Positions 20,340 to 31,677 are shown, counted from the first letter of the stretch. The stretch is 64,000 bases of DNA from Candidatus Zhuqueibacterota bacterium (GCA_049322915.1 JBMOPW010000012.1:32001-96000), one strand, 5' to 3'. A program made the numbers and translations. Notes: a model not told the origin generated them from the sequence alone.

Positions 20340-21461
20340 TTGGAGGAAAAGATGAACATAGGAATCCCAAAGGAAATTCTCGCTGAAGAAAAACGGATTT
20401 CTCTGACCTCACACGGCGTATACTCTCTGGTGAAAGAAGGCCATAAGGTATACATCGAAAAAGGCGCCGGTCTGGACAGCAGTTTCTCAGATGAAGATTT
20501 CCAGAAAATGGGTGGCGAGATTGTGTTTTCTCATGAAGAAGCGTTTCAACGAGCTGATTTGATTATCAAAGTTATGCCTCCAACAGTTGAGGAATCCAAG
20601 CTGTTACATTCTGATCAAATGATTTTTTCGTTTCTGCAGTTGGGATTTTTGACCCAGGAAACAATACACAATTTACTCGAGGCCAATGTCACCGCGGTGG
20701 GCATTGACCTGATCGAAAAAGGGCATAAATATCGACCGATTCTGGTGGCCATGAGCGAAATTGCCGGAAACATGATGCCCCAGATCGCCGGCCGCTTCAT
20801 GCAAAACGACCAGGGTGGTCGGGGAATTGCCATTGGTGGATTTCCGGGAATACCACCGTCCACCGTTGTCATTCTCGGCGCCGGCAATCTCGGCTACAAT
20901 ACCGCTAAATCATTCCTGAAAATGGGCGCTCAGGTGATTGTCATGGATGAAGATATCTCCCGGCTGCGATACATCGATAATGAGCTGGATGGTCGCGCGA
21001 TAACAACCATCATCAACCACTACACGCTGGAACGCGCGCTGAGAATTTCGGACGTCTTCATTGGCGCGGTATATCAGAAAAACAGCAAGACCCCCACAAT
21101 CATCACCGAAGAGCATCTGGCCATGATGAAGAAAGGCGCGCTGATTATCGACGCGTCGATCGATCACGGCGGCTGCGTGGCCACAAGCCGACCCACCACG
21201 CATTCCGATCCGGTTTTCACCAAACACGGAATTTTGCACTACTGCGTGCCAAATATCCCGGCTGCTGTGGCGCGGACCAGTTCGCGGGCCATGGGCAATC
21301 TCGTTCTGCCGTTTGTCCTCTCCATTGTGCGACACGGCATTCGGGAGACCTGCCGCTCCAACGACGTTTTGACCACTGGAATCTACATTCACAATGGAAA
21401 ATGCACCAATAAAGCTGTTGCAGAATTATTTGATCTTAACTACCAGGAATATAACTGTTAA
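20340..21461 (+). CDS. ald: Alanine dehydrogenase-family protein
   Basis: IGIPKE, MSEIAG, ILGAGNLG, IDHGGCVATSRPTTH, HYCVPNIPAAV; likely start ATG 20352. Confidence 0.85.
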   Translation: MEEKMNIGIPKEILAEEKRISLTSHGVYSLVKEGHKVYIEKGAGLDSSFSDEDFQKMGGEIVFSHEEAFQRADLIIKVMPPTVEESKLLHSDQMIFSFLQLGFLTQETIHNLLEANVTAVGIDLIEKGHKYRPILVAMSEIAGNMMPQIAGRFMQNDQGGRGIAIGGFPGIPPSTVVILGAGNLGYNTAKSFLKMGAQVIVMDEDISRLRYIDNELDGRAITTIINHYTLERALRISDVFIGAVYQKNSKTPTIITEEHLAMMKKGALIIDASIDHGGCVATSRPTTHSDPVFTKHGILHYCVPNIPAAVARTSSRAMGNLVLPFVLSIVRHGIRETCRSNDVLTTGIYIHNGKCTNKAVAELFDLNYQEYNC

Positions 21462-21491
21462 TCATTGATTATAATTTGAGAGAGTCGAAAA

Positions 21492-22793
21492 ATGAAATGG
21501 ATGGAAGATTATAAGAAAAAACTTTCAAGTGCTGAAGATGCTGTTAAGCTTATCGAAAGCGGAACGCGAATTTATGTATCAGGAAACGCTGCTACTCCCT
21601 ATCCTCTTGTCAAAGCATTGGCACAACGAAAAAATGAACTCATGGATGTGGATGTCGTTCATGTGCTCCTGTTAGGCGAAGACCCGCTGTCTGCGCCGGG
21701 CATGGAAGGACATTTTCGCCATAAATCACTGTTCGTCGGGCCCGCCGACCGGAAGGCCGTCAACGATGGAAATGCCGATTATTTCCCGATCTTTTTGTAC
21801 GAAATTCCGGCGCTGTTCTATAAAGGCCGGGGCACGCTGCCGCTGGATACGGCTATCATTCAGACGTCGCCACCGGATTCGCACGGGTTTCTTTCCTTTG
21901 GCGTCGAAGATCTGGCCACCAAAAGCGCCGCGGAAAACGCCAAGTCGCTCATCGTGCAGGTGAATGACAAAATGCCGCGCACTCTGGGCGATAGTTTTGT
22001 TCACATTTCCCGGGCGACCCGAATTGTCGAGACTTCGGAAGAGCTGCCCACGCTGGAAATCAATCCTCCCAACGAAGTGGAGCAACGCATCGGCGAGTAC
22101 ATCGCTGAGCTCGTGGAGGACGGTTCCACGCTGCAGTTAGGCATCGGTGGAATTCCCAATGCCGCTCTGGCTGCAATGGCCACGAAAAAGGATCTGGGCA
22201 TCCACACCGAAATGGTCTCCGATGGCATCATGGAAGCCATTGAATCCGGCTTCATCAACGGCAGCCGAAAGACATTGCACGCCGGCAAAGTGGTGGCGAC
22301 GTTCATCCTCGGTTCCAAGAGTCTCTATGATTTTGTGCATAACAATCCCATGTTCGAAATGCACCCGGTCGATTACAGCAACGATCCGTTCATCGTCGCT
22401 CAGAACGACAACATGGTGGCCATCAACTCGGCCATCGAAGTCGATTTGACCGGCCAGGTCTGTTCGGATTCGATCGGGTATAAAATTTACTCCGGTTTTG
22501 GCGGCCAGGTGGATTTCATCCGCGGCGCGGCCAGATCCAAACATGGCAAGCCGATCATTGCGCTGCCTTCGACTGCCAAAAACGATACCGTCAGTAAAAT
22601 TGTTCCACATTTGAAGGAAGGTGCGGGAGTTGTAACGAGCCGTGGTGATGTGCATTATGTGGTAACAGAATTTGGTGTAGCTTATCTGCATGGAAAAAGC
22701 CTCCGACGCCGAGCTGAAGCTCTGATTAGCATCGCCCACCCCAACTTCAGAGACGAGTTAAAACATTTCGCACAAGAACGTAAAATCCTGTAA
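21492..22793 (+). CDS. Acetyl-CoA hydrolase / 4-hydroxybutyrate CoA-transferase family
   Basis: LQLGIGGIPNA, GIHTEM, SGFGGQVDF, VVTEFG. Confidence 0.9.
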   Translation: MKWMEDYKKKLSSAEDAVKLIESGTRIYVSGNAATPYPLVKALAQRKNELMDVDVVHVLLLGEDPLSAPGMEGHFRHKSLFVGPADRKAVNDGNADYFPIFLYEIPALFYKGRGTLPLDTAIIQTSPPDSHGFLSFGVEDLATKSAAENAKSLIVQVNDKMPRTLGDSFVHISRATRIVETSEELPTLEINPPNEVEQRIGEYIAELVEDGSTLQLGIGGIPNAALAAMATKKDLGIHTEMVSDGIMEAIESGFINGSRKTLHAGKVVATFILGSKSLYDFVHNNPMFEMHPVDYSNDPFIVAQNDNMVAINSAIEVDLTGQVCSDSIGYKIYSGFGGQVDFIRGAARSKHGKPIIALPSTAKNDTVSKIVPHLKEGAGVVTSRGDVHYVVTEFGVAYLHGKSLRRRAEALISIAHPNFRDELKHFAQERKIL

Positions 22794-22800
22794 ATATGAA

Positions 22801-22847
22801 TGACCATCCCCGGCGGCTCTCGGGCCGCCGGATGGTCATACTTTTTT
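22801..22847 (+). terminator. Rho-independent terminator
   Basis: TGACCATCC..CGGCGGC / GCCGCCG.GATGGTCA hairpin followed by a T tract. Confidence 0.75.
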
Positions 22848-23040
22848 AAAATGAAACGATCGAGGGGACGGGCTCGCCGATTCATTTCATTTTTTTCGGT
22901 GCAGCCATTCCCCGCGCATCAGAAAATTGAAGCGACAGCGGTGATGCGCCTTTTGACGCTGCGCCTCAGATATTTTCAACTCAGAACTTTAATTCATCCA
23001 TTGAAACCACAATCAAAATTGAAGTGAAGGAGAATTTCAC

Positions 23041-24237
23041 ATGGCAAAACTGACCATCGATGATGTTATTTTGAAAGATAAACGCGTGTTAATACGTGTC
23101 GATTTCAATGTACCGCTGACAGAAAATCTGGCAGTCAGCGATGATACCCGCATTGTCGCGTCGCTGCCCACCATAAAGAAGGTGATCGCCTCCGGCGGGA
23201 AAGCGATTCTGATGTCGCATCTGGGACGGCCCAAAGGTAAGGCCGTGGACTCCATGAGGATGGCTCCGGTCGCAAAACGGCTCTCCGAGCTCATTGGCAA
23301 GCCGGTCGCGACAGTCAATGACTGCATTGGCGAATCTGTCACCGCCGCAGTTGACAGGATGAAAAATGGAGACGTCCTGCTTCTGGAAAATCTCCGTTTT
23401 CACAATGAGGAAACGGACAATGAACCGGAGTTCGCTAAAAAATTGGCCAACCTGGGCGATATTTACATCAACGATGCGTTCGGCACGGCCCATCGCGCGC
23501 ACGCTTCCACCGAGGGCGTGACGCGATATTTCAAACAATGCGCCGCCGGCTACCTCATTCAAAAAGAATTGCAATATCTGGGCGACGCCATTGAAAATCC
23601 CAAGCGTCCGTTTGTGGCCATTCTGGGCGGCGCGAAGATCTCCGGCAAAATCGATGTCATCGAAAATCTGCTTGGCAAAGTGGATGCGCTGATCATCGGC
23701 GGCGGCATGACCTACACCTTTCTGAAAGCGCGGAATGTGGAAATTGGCAATTCCCTCCTGGAAGCTGACAAAATCGATCTGGCCAAACAGGTGCTGGATA
23801 AAGTCAAATCGAAGAAAGTCAATTTCAATCTGCCTCTGGATCATGTGATCGCAAAAGAGGTAGCCGAGGGGGCTGAAATGAAAACGACGAAATCGGATGA
23901 CATTCCGGCTGGCTGGGCCGGCGTGGATATTGGCCCGGAATCCATCGTCGCCTTCAAGAAAATTTTGAAAGGCGCGCAGACAGTCGTATGGAATGGCCCC
24001 ATGGGCGTATTCGAAATCAGCGCCTTTGCAAAAGGCACGCTGGAAATCGCCACGATTCTGGCCGACATCACATCAAAGGGCGCCGTCACTGTAGTTGGCG
24101 GCGGCGATTCTGTGGCCGCGCTGGCGAAAAGCAACCTGACCGAGAAAGTCTCGCACGTATCCACCGGCGGCGGCGCTTCGCTCGAATTTCTTGGCGGCAT
24201 CAAGCTGCCGGGCATTGAAGCATTGACTGAGAAATAG
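23041..24237 (+). CDS. pgk: Phosphoglycerate kinase
   Basis: [43 protein letters not shown]. Confidence 0.98.
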   Translation: MAKLTIDDVILKDKRVLIRVDFNVPLTENLAVSDDTRIVASLPTIKKVIASGGKAILMSHLGRPKGKAVDSMRMAPVAKRLSELIGKPVATVNDCIGESVTAAVDRMKNGDVLLLENLRFHNEETDNEPEFAKKLANLGDIYINDAFGTAHRAHASTEGVTRYFKQCAAGYLIQKELQYLGDAIENPKRPFVAILGGAKISGKIDVIENLLGKVDALIIGGGMTYTFLKARNVEIGNSLLEADKIDLAKQVLDKVKSKKVNFNLPLDHVIAKEVAEGAEMKTTKSDDIPAGWAGVDIGPESIVAFKKILKGAQTVVWNGPMGVFEISAFAKGTLEIATILADITSKGAVTVVGGGDSVAALAKSNLTEKVSHVSTGGGASLEFLGGIKLPGIEALTEK

Positions 24238-24258
24238 GAGTCAACTTTTCCGGTTCGT

Positions 24259-24297
24259 CCCCCGGACTTCGAATTCGATGAAATCGGAGTCCGGGGA
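24259..24297 (+). terminator. Hairpin after pgk
   Basis: CCCCGGACT / AGTCCGGGG inverted repeat with no clear U tract. Confidence 0.5.
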
Positions 24298-24467
24298 TGC
24301 GCGCCATCTAGGCTCTAACTTCGGCATGAACTTTGTACTTTAATTCGGGGGAACCAGGCAACATCATAAATCGACATGGCTTTTTCAGGCATCAGCATTG
24401 ATATTCAGCGACAGTCCGTTTAATAAGTTTTGCTACCTTTGCACTGCATCTTTGCACTGGAAAATTA

Positions 24468-25352
24468 ATGGCCAAAAAATTTACTAACACTCAGCAATTC
24501 TTTGAAATGTATTTAGAATTTCATGAAAAGATATTCAAGGTTCATGTGAAGTGTATGCAGCACTTGGTGGCTGTATTACCTTTCCAGGATTTGAATCGTA
24601 TTGATATCGCTGAAAAATTGGGCAACAACAGGCCGATTATTGACGCGGATTCGTTGATCATTTCTGAAAAAGACCTTGAGAAAGTATTTGATCAGATTTT
24701 CCCGCTGATTAAAAAGTACTCCAATCAGCATACGGATCAGATGCATCGTTTCGAAGAATTGTACGATCGACGCCGGATCGAACTGCTGGAACTTGTCCGA
24801 GCGCTTCTCGGGGAACACAGCGAACTCTTCACCGAAATCTCATCCAAGCATGACATCTCTCCCCTGCTGCTGGAACGAGTGGCAGAGCTCGTCATCAGCC
24901 CTTACTTTGAATTATGCGCCGAGTTGTTCGGTAAGCAATTGCGACTGCAGAACTGGAACAGGGAGATCTGTCCGATCTGTGGATTCCATCCATCCATGGC
25001 CATTGTGAATGAACAGCATCAAACCCGCCAGCTCTGGTGCCATTTCTGTGACACCACCTGGTCCTTTCGCGAAATGGTCTGTCCTTTCTGCCTGAGCGAC
25101 GATCCGAAAACCACAACATTGATTTTTCCTCCGAACAACAAACCGTATCGCATCGATGCCTGTACAAAATGCAATAACTATATCAAGACGGTCGACGAGC
25201 TTCTCATTCAGGACAAACAGAACCTCAGCGTGAGAAATGTTGCGACCTATTACCTGGATTTATTGGCATTAAAATTTGGTTTCAATGTTCAAAACTGTTT
25301 CAAATTCTACGTCGAAACAATTTTTAAAAAGGGAAAATCCAATGAAGAATGA
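24468..25352 (+). CDS. fdhE: FdhE-like formate dehydrogenase accessory protein
   Basis: CPICG..P, CHFCDTTW, CPFC and RIDACTKCNNYIKT (four CxxC pairs) with LDLLA tail. Confidence 0.75.
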   Translation: MAKKFTNTQQFFEMYLEFHEKIFKVHVKCMQHLVAVLPFQDLNRIDIAEKLGNNRPIIDADSLIISEKDLEKVFDQIFPLIKKYSNQHTDQMHRFEELYDRRRIELLELVRALLGEHSELFTEISSKHDISPLLLERVAELVISPYFELCAELFGKQLRLQNWNREICPICGFHPSMAIVNEQHQTRQLWCHFCDTTWSFREMVCPFCLSDDPKTTTLIFPPNNKPYRIDACTKCNNYIKTVDELLIQDKQNLSVRNVATYYLDLLALKFGFNVQNCFKFYVETIFKKGKSNEE

Positions 25353-25509
25353 TGCAGAAGTGACCTTATTGGTCAACGGTGAAAAAGTGAAACTGAATCC
25401 ATTTGTCCACTCCGTCTTTATCAATGTCGTTGGCGCACTCGTTTCCTCACTGAAATTGAACGAGGATGCAGAGAAAATTGAACTCACGGTTACCGCAGCC
25501 AGAGAATAG
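25342..25509 (+). CDS. Small protein resembling the MobB C-terminal extension
   Basis: VTLLVNGEKVKLNPFV...ALVSSLK; overlaps the end of fdhE. Confidence 0.55.
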   Translation: MKNDAEVTLLVNGEKVKLNPFVHSVFINVVGALVSSLKLNEDAEKIELTVTAARE

Positions 25510-25548
25510 CATCTCACGCTCAGGATTTATCAAAACGGAGGAATAAAA

Positions 25549-26331
25549 ATGAAACCCAACGGAATCATCACGCTGCTCACCGATTTCGGCGACGCCGACG
25601 GTTTCGTCGGCATCATGAAGGGGGTCATCCTCTCAATAAACGACCAGGCCAGGGTCATTGATATCAGCAATTCTCTGCCATCGCAGGACATCGAAGCCGG
25701 CGCGCTCATTCTGGAGAATAGCCACCGCTATTTTCCCAAAGGCACCATCCACGTCGCTGTGGTGGATCCGGGTGTAGGTTCTGACCGGCGAATTCTGGGC
25801 GTTCAAACGCAGGACTACTTCTTCATCGCCCCGGACAATACCCTGTTGAAATTTATCTTTTACAGGAATGAAACCTTATCCGTCGTTGAATTGTTAAACA
25901 AGCAATATTTTTTGCCCGAGATCAGCCGCACATTTCATGGTCGCGATATCTTTGCACCGGTAGCGGCTCACCTCTCACTGGGCGTGCCCTTGACGGATTT
26001 TGGACCGCAGGTGGTCGATTTTCAGCGCGGCGAAATTTTTCAGCCGGTGATTCTTTCAAAGAAGATCATTGGCAATATTGTTCACATCGACAAATTCGGC
26101 AATCTCATCACTGACATTCATGGAACCAGGCTGAACAAACCGATCCTGGTGATCTCCGCTGGCTCCACAGCAATTCACCGTCTCGTCGATTCGTACGCGC
26201 ATGTCACTGTGGGAGCGCCGTTGGCGATCATTGGCAGCTCCGGATTCCTGGAAATTTCGGTTCGGAACGGCAACGCCAGCGAACAGTGCGCCCTTCACCG
26301 TGGCGACATTGTACAGGTCGAATTCAGATAA
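25549..26331 (+). CDS. SAM hydroxide adenosyltransferase / chlorinase-fluorinase family (DUF62)
   Basis: ITLLTDFG, VVDPGVG, TFHGRDIFAP, IDKFGN. Confidence 0.92.
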   Translation: MKPNGIITLLTDFGDADGFVGIMKGVILSINDQARVIDISNSLPSQDIEAGALILENSHRYFPKGTIHVAVVDPGVGSDRRILGVQTQDYFFIAPDNTLLKFIFYRNETLSVVELLNKQYFLPEISRTFHGRDIFAPVAAHLSLGVPLTDFGPQVVDFQRGEIFQPVILSKKIIGNIVHIDKFGNLITDIHGTRLNKPILVISAGSTAIHRLVDSYAHVTVGAPLAIIGSSGFLEISVRNGNASEQCALHRGDIVQVEFR

Positions 26332-26379
26332 CGGCGCGCCGCGGACGTTCATGAAATGCAATGCAAATTTTGAATTATT

Positions 26380-27279
26380 GTGGATACATCGTTTATGCGC
26401 TATTCTGATTACGGGCCGGAATACACGAACTATTTTCATGCCCGACAAAGTCGATTTCCCATTCTTGATAAATTGAAGCTCCGGGGGCCATGGCTTCACA
26501 TTCTTCTGCTCGTGCTCACCTTCGGTTCGACTTATTTGTTGCAGGGTATCTGGTACTCCCTTTCCATCGTTTCCATTCTGTTCGCTCACGAAATGGGGCA
26601 TTATTTAATGTGCCGGCGTTACGGCATCAGCGCAACGCTGCCTTACTTCATTCCATTTCCGTTTCCCAAACTCAATCCATTTGGCACGCTGGGCGCCGTG
26701 ATAAAAATGAAAGGTCGCATTCCCAACCGGCGCGCTCTGTTTGATGTGGGAATTGCCGGGCCGCTGGCCGGTCTTGCAGTGACCATTCCCGTGCTCATCA
26801 TCGGATTGAGCAAATCGTCGTTCATTCCGCTGAGCACAGTGCCGCAGGGTGCCATGGGTTTGGGCGACTCCCTGCTGTTCTCTCAAATCGCGCGCCTCAT
26901 TCTGGGAGCAACGCCGGAAGGATATGACATGATGCTGCATCCCATGGCATTCGCCGGCTGGGCCGGTCTTTTTGTCACTGCATTGAACCTCATGCCTATC
27001 GGCCAGTTGGACGGCGGACACATCCTCTACGCCCTTTTTGGCCACAAAAGCGAAACGATTTACAAGTTCGTGATGATCGGATTCATCATCACCTGCGCGT
27101 TCTGGTACCAGGGCTGGTTATTGCTGATACTGCTTCTTCTGTGGTTTGGCTACCGACATCCGGCTCCGGAAAATGACTTTGTCCCGATAGACACAAAAAG
27201 AAAAATTCTCGGTTATGCCACGTTCGTCATTTTCATCATTTCGTTCGTACCACAACCACTCTATATTTATGGGAATTAA
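26380..27279 (+). CDS. Site-2 protease (M50) membrane metalloprotease
   Basis: HEMGH, GIAGP, NLMPIGQLDGGH. Confidence 0.92.
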   Translation: MDTSFMRYSDYGPEYTNYFHARQSRFPILDKLKLRGPWLHILLLVLTFGSTYLLQGIWYSLSIVSILFAHEMGHYLMCRRYGISATLPYFIPFPFPKLNPFGTLGAVIKMKGRIPNRRALFDVGIAGPLAGLAVTIPVLIIGLSKSSFIPLSTVPQGAMGLGDSLLFSQIARLILGATPEGYDMMLHPMAFAGWAGLFVTALNLMPIGQLDGGHILYALFGHKSETIYKFVMIGFIITCAFWYQGWLLLILLLLWFGYRHPAPENDFVPIDTKRKILGYATFVIFIISFVPQPLYIYGN

Positions 27280-27290
27280 AAGGTGACACA

Positions 27291-28247
27291 ATGGGTAAAA
27301 ACGGATTTCAGGCGAACCCTGATAATAGCGCCAAACTCCGTCCTAAAAATCGTATGAAAAAGATTTTCGCCAATAAAACAGTCATCACCTCGCTCATCAT
27401 CCTGCTCCTGTTCATTGTCCTGGAATTTACCACCGATTTCATCGAGATCATCATCGGCAGCGTGATTGACCTCACCAATCCGCTTCGACCCCAGTCCGGC
27501 ACCATCTGGGATTTGTACAACGCCGACCGTCGCGCCGCCAATCAGGTACTGGAAATTTCTTCGGCTGTACCGGACGGAGCCACGGAAAAACCCGATATCT
27601 CGAATCTCAGTCAATTGCGGGAAAAGCTGGAGCAGGACGGAACCCTGCTCATCTCTTCCGATAATTTTCTCGATCTGTACAATCAAATGCCGAACCGATT
27701 TTCGACCAAAGTCATCTCGCCCTTCGACCTGTTGAAATTGACGCACAGCGATCAATGGGTCTGGACAAAACTCGTGAAGAGCGAGAACAATATCAACATT
27801 TATTTTTTTGACGGAGACAAACAACTCATCATGGACACCTATCCGCCGATGACCGTTTTGTACGACGTCTCCACGCCGGAGCAGGAAAAGCGCGCCACTC
27901 TGGATTCTCTCGAAATGTACAGAGGTCGAACCATCTCCCGGGACAAGTTTTTTGAAACACTTGATAATCTCTCTTCCAACACAACAAAATATCAGCTCAT
28001 CAATGACCCGTTTCAACTCATCAAATGGGATAAAAGCATCCGCAGAGTGGGAATTTCCCGCTACATCACGCCAAACTTCACCGTCAATATTGGCTTTGAA
28101 GTGAAACAGGGAATTTACACTGAAATCTATACCTTCGAAGCCAGTGAATTAGCTGCCGGGTATTTCATCGCCAAACTGAATGAATTATACCCCGGGCTTA
28201 ATTTTGAATTTCCGGAGAGCACCTATCGTGGCTATCAGAATTACTAA
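27291..28247 (+). CDS. Hypothetical membrane-anchored protein
   Basis: 318 aa ORF with an N-terminal TM; overlaps the PBP start. Confidence 0.7.
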   Translation: MGKNGFQANPDNSAKLRPKNRMKKIFANKTVITSLIILLLFIVLEFTTDFIEIIIGSVIDLTNPLRPQSGTIWDLYNADRRAANQVLEISSAVPDGATEKPDISNLSQLREKLEQDGTLLISSDNFLDLYNQMPNRFSTKVISPFDLLKLTHSDQWVWTKLVKSENNINIYFFDGDKQLIMDTYPPMTVLYDVSTPEQEKRATLDSLEMYRGRTISRDKFFETLDNLSSNTTKYQLINDPFQLIKWDKSIRRVGISRYITPNFTVNIGFEVKQGIYTEIYTFEASELAAGYFIAKLNELYPGLNFEFPESTYRGYQNY

Positions 28248-30264
28248 AAAGAAGATACTCATCGGGATCTTTTCGGCCATCCTTCTGTCCCTGATTATCG
28301 CTTTCTTCATGGTCGTTTTTACATTGCCCCGATTGCCGGATAAAATCCACGACCTGGCGCTCAGTTCACCGACCGAGATTTATTCGGACACAGGGGAACT
28401 CATCACCGATCTATCCAACCGGCAGAATGTAAAATTGTCACAAATATCGCCCTATTTCATCCATGCCATCCTGGCGATGGAGGACGCTGAATTTTTCTCG
28501 CATCACGGCTTGAACAAAAAAGGCTTGCTGCGCGCCATTGTCGATCACATCTCCACGCTCAAACGTTCCGGCGGCGGCAGCAGCATCAGCCAGCAATTGG
28601 CTAAAAATATGTTTTTCTCCTTCGACCGAAGCTGGAGCCGAAAGATGAAAGACGCGCTGCTGGCCTGCCAGTTGGAGCGTCGCTATTCCAAGCAGGAAAT
28701 TCTGGAGGCCTATTGCAATCAAATCGATTTCAGCTCCAATTCCTACGGCATCGAACGCGCTTCCCAGACCTATTTTGCGAAGCATGCGGATGAGCTGTCG
28801 CTGGCCGAAGCGGCGTTTCTGGCCAATATCCCCCGATCACCGAATAATTACAATCCCTATCGCAATTTTGAAACGGCGCGGAAACGTCAGGAAATTGTGC
28901 TGAAGCGGATGGTCAAATTGGGCTACATCACCGCGGACCAGGAAAAAGTGGCGCTGGCCGAACCCATCGATCTGAAACGGCTCAATCTGCTCTGGGGCAA
29001 GGCCAATTACTTCATCGATTACATAAAAAATATCGTCGAGCGGAAATATTCCGGGGACGTGCTCTCTTACGGCGGTTTGAAAATTTACACCACCCTGGAT
29101 ACCCGGCTCCAGAATATCGCGCAGGACGCTGTTCGCGAGGGATTGGCCGAACTGGATACGCGTCTCGGCTACAGGGATTACGAACTCGCCAGCAATGAAG
29201 AACGGCAGCATTACATTCAATCCGCGCTGGTGGCCATTGATCCCAGGAATGGCAAAGTCAAAGCATTGGTCGGCGGACGCGATTTTTCTGTGAATCAGTT
29301 CAATCGGGCCATCAACAACAATCGGCTGCCGGGGTCATCGTTCAAGCCATTTCTGTACCTGGCCGCAATTGATCTGGGCGCCTACACGCCGGCGTCGGTC
29401 ATCGTCGATTCCGCTGTGACTTTCGAAATGGATGGACAGCGCTGGTCGCCGCAGAATTTTGACCATCGGTACTGGGGCTCCATGACGGTGAAGACGGCCC
29501 TCATTCACTCCCGAAATATCATCTCAGCAAAAATAATTGACACGATTGGCCCCAAAGCTATGGTGCAATACGCCCATAAAATGGGGATTAAAAGTCCGTT
29601 GAACGAGTATCTCTCTCTGGCGCTTGGGACATCCAGCGTTTCGCCTCTGGAAATGTGCGGCGCTTATTGTCCCTTTGCCAATGGCGGCGTACAGCGGGAT
29701 CCCACGGTGCTGAAATTTATTGAAAACTCCCAGGGCAAAGTGCTGTACGAAGAGATCAACGAGAGCAGTATGGTCGTGGACCCGCAGTCGATTTATCTTG
29801 TGCTGGATATGCTGCGCGGAGTTGTGGATGGTGGAACAGCAGAAAACGTCCGGCGCATGGGATTCACCCGACCGGCCGCGGGAAAAACCGGCACGACAAA
29901 CGACGGTCGCGACACCTGGTTCATTGGTTTCACGCCGGAACTGGTCGTGGCAGTCTGGGTCGGCTATGACGACAACCGTCCCATCAAGGACAAACGGGGG
30001 ATCGAGTTGTCCGGCGCGGCAACGGCCGTGCCCATCTGGGTTCGGTTCATGAACGTCGCCCTGGAAAATGAACGGTACCGCAGCTTTGCCATACCGGAAG
30101 GCATTGTCTTCACCTGGGTCGATCCGGTTACCGGGGAGCAGGTCGATGAGACCTATCCAAACGCCCAGGAAGTGGCGCTGAAGATCGGCACGAAACTGCC
30201 GGTGAAAAATTTGTCGCCCGATTTTGCGCCGGCGGATACCACGAAACCGATCTGGGTGCGATAG
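28228..30264 (+). CDS. Class A penicillin-binding protein (PBP1A family)
   Basis: Transglycosylase motifs ED..F..H.G and GGSSISQQLAKN; transpeptidase SSFK, SRN, KTGT; GTG start at 28228. Confidence 0.92.
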   Translation: MAIRITKKKILIGIFSAILLSLIIAFFMVVFTLPRLPDKIHDLALSSPTEIYSDTGELITDLSNRQNVKLSQISPYFIHAILAMEDAEFFSHHGLNKKGLLRAIVDHISTLKRSGGGSSISQQLAKNMFFSFDRSWSRKMKDALLACQLERRYSKQEILEAYCNQIDFSSNSYGIERASQTYFAKHADELSLAEAAFLANIPRSPNNYNPYRNFETARKRQEIVLKRMVKLGYITADQEKVALAEPIDLKRLNLLWGKANYFIDYIKNIVERKYSGDVLSYGGLKIYTTLDTRLQNIAQDAVREGLAELDTRLGYRDYELASNEERQHYIQSALVAIDPRNGKVKALVGGRDFSVNQFNRAINNNRLPGSSFKPFLYLAAIDLGAYTPASVIVDSAVTFEMDGQRWSPQNFDHRYWGSMTVKTALIHSRNIISAKIIDTIGPKAMVQYAHKMGIKSPLNEYLSLALGTSSVSPLEMCGAYCPFANGGVQRDPTVLKFIENSQGKVLYEEINESSMVVDPQSIYLVLDMLRGVVDGGTAENVRRMGFTRPAAGKTGTTNDGRDTWFIGFTPELVVAVWVGYDDNRPIKDKRGIELSGAATAVPIWVRFMNVALENERYRSFAIPEGIVFTWVDPVTGEQVDETYPNAQEVALKIGTKLPVKNLSPDFAPADTTKPIWVR

Positions 30265-30379
30265 GCAGGAACACCTTGCTCGCGATTTAGGGGGATTCAT
30301 CTTCACTGCGCCCATCAGTGTATCGGGCAAAATGTTCTGTCAATTTCGAATCGACTATAAATCGGAACAAAATCCGGAC

Positions 30380-31303
30380 ATGCGTATGACGAACGATCAA
30401 TTCAAAATTGTGGGATTGGGAGAAATCCTCTGGGATGTCTATGAGCACGGCAAATTTCTCGGCGGAGCGCCGGCCAATTTTGCCGTTCATTGCCATCAAT
30501 TGGGCGACCTGGGGATCATCGTCAGCCGCATTGGAATCGACGCGTTGGGTCGCGAAATGCTCCGGGAATTGGAATCGAGGAAACTCACTACCCTGTTGAT
30601 TCAAAGGGATAACAGTAATCCCACCGGCACAGTCCAGGTCTCCCTCGACGAACAGGGTCAGCCGAAGTTTCGATGCAGCGTGAACGTCGCATTCGATCAT
30701 CTGGAAATGGATCTGTCGCTGCGCCAATTGGCCGGCATTGCTGACGCGGTGTTATTTGGCACGCTCGCGCAACGAGGGGCGCAAACCAGGGAAGCGATTC
30801 ACTCCTTCCTGGCGTTAGCGAATCGCGCCTTCAAAGTATACGACGTGAATATTCGCGGTTGGGACGACGCCACGCGTTCGATTGTGGAATCGTCGCTGGT
30901 CCGAGCCGACGCCGTCAAATTGAACCAGAATGAATTGGCCATCCTGAAGGAGGCCTGGCGCCCCACCCTCGATGACGAATCGTTCCTCCGTTTCCTGTTC
31001 AACGAATTCAATTTGAAACTGGTCGCACTCACCCTCGGCGCTGATGGCTGCATGCTGTTGAATTCAGATGAACTGGTCAGGACGCCCGGCATTGCCATCA
31101 ATCCAATCGACACCACCGGTTGCGGGGATGCATTTGCCGCAGCTATGATACATCATTATTTGCGGGGAAATTCGCTGAAAGAAATCGCCGAGGCCAGCAA
31201 TGCGCTGGGCGCGTTTGTCGCCCAATTCTCGGGCGCGACCCCGGTCTATTCGCGGGAAAAATTTGAAGAATTTTGTCGGTCGGTGAAAACTTCATCGCGG
31301 TAA
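30380..31303 (+). CDS. PfkB-family carbohydrate kinase (fructokinase-like)
   Basis: GLGEILWD, GGAPANFA, DTTGCGDAF. Confidence 0.88.
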   Translation: MRMTNDQFKIVGLGEILWDVYEHGKFLGGAPANFAVHCHQLGDLGIIVSRIGIDALGREMLRELESRKLTTLLIQRDNSNPTGTVQVSLDEQGQPKFRCSVNVAFDHLEMDLSLRQLAGIADAVLFGTLAQRGAQTREAIHSFLALANRAFKVYDVNIRGWDDATRSIVESSLVRADAVKLNQNELAILKEAWRPTLDDESFLRFLFNEFNLKLVALTLGADGCMLLNSDELVRTPGIAINPIDTTGCGDAFAAAMIHHYLRGNSLKEIAEASNALGAFVAQFSGATPVYSREKFEEFCRSVKTSSR

Positions 31304-31332
31304 GAATACCTGATACAAAGGACAGACGAACC

Positions 31333-31677
31333 ATGAAAGCTGTGCATTATACGGACATTGACGCCAAATCCATTGAAGTGGACGGCGTTTCCGGAGTGAC
31401 CATGCGGATGCTCATTTCGCACGACGACGGCGCTCCAAATTTCGCCATGCGCTTATTCCATGTCGAACCGGGCGGCTACACGTTTCATCATAGCCACGAT
31501 TGGGAACATGAAATGTTTGTCATCGAAGGCCAGGGCGAAGCCATCACCCCGGACGGGACAAAACCGGTTCAGGCCGGTTACGCCATTTTTGTCCCGCCAG
31601 GTGAAGTCCATCAATTCCGAAATACCGGCGCAACGCGATTGAGCTTCCTCTGCCTCGTTCCGCTCGGCGCGCGGTAA
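31333..31677 (+). CDS. Cupin domain protein
   Basis: FAMRLF.VEPGG.T..HSHDWEHE and PPGEVHQF. Confidence 0.88.
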   Translation: MKAVHYTDIDAKSIEVDGVSGVTMRMLISHDDGAPNFAMRLFHVEPGGYTFHHSHDWEHEMFVIEGQGEAITPDGTKPVQAGYAIFVPPGEVHQFRNTGATRLSFLCLVPLGAR

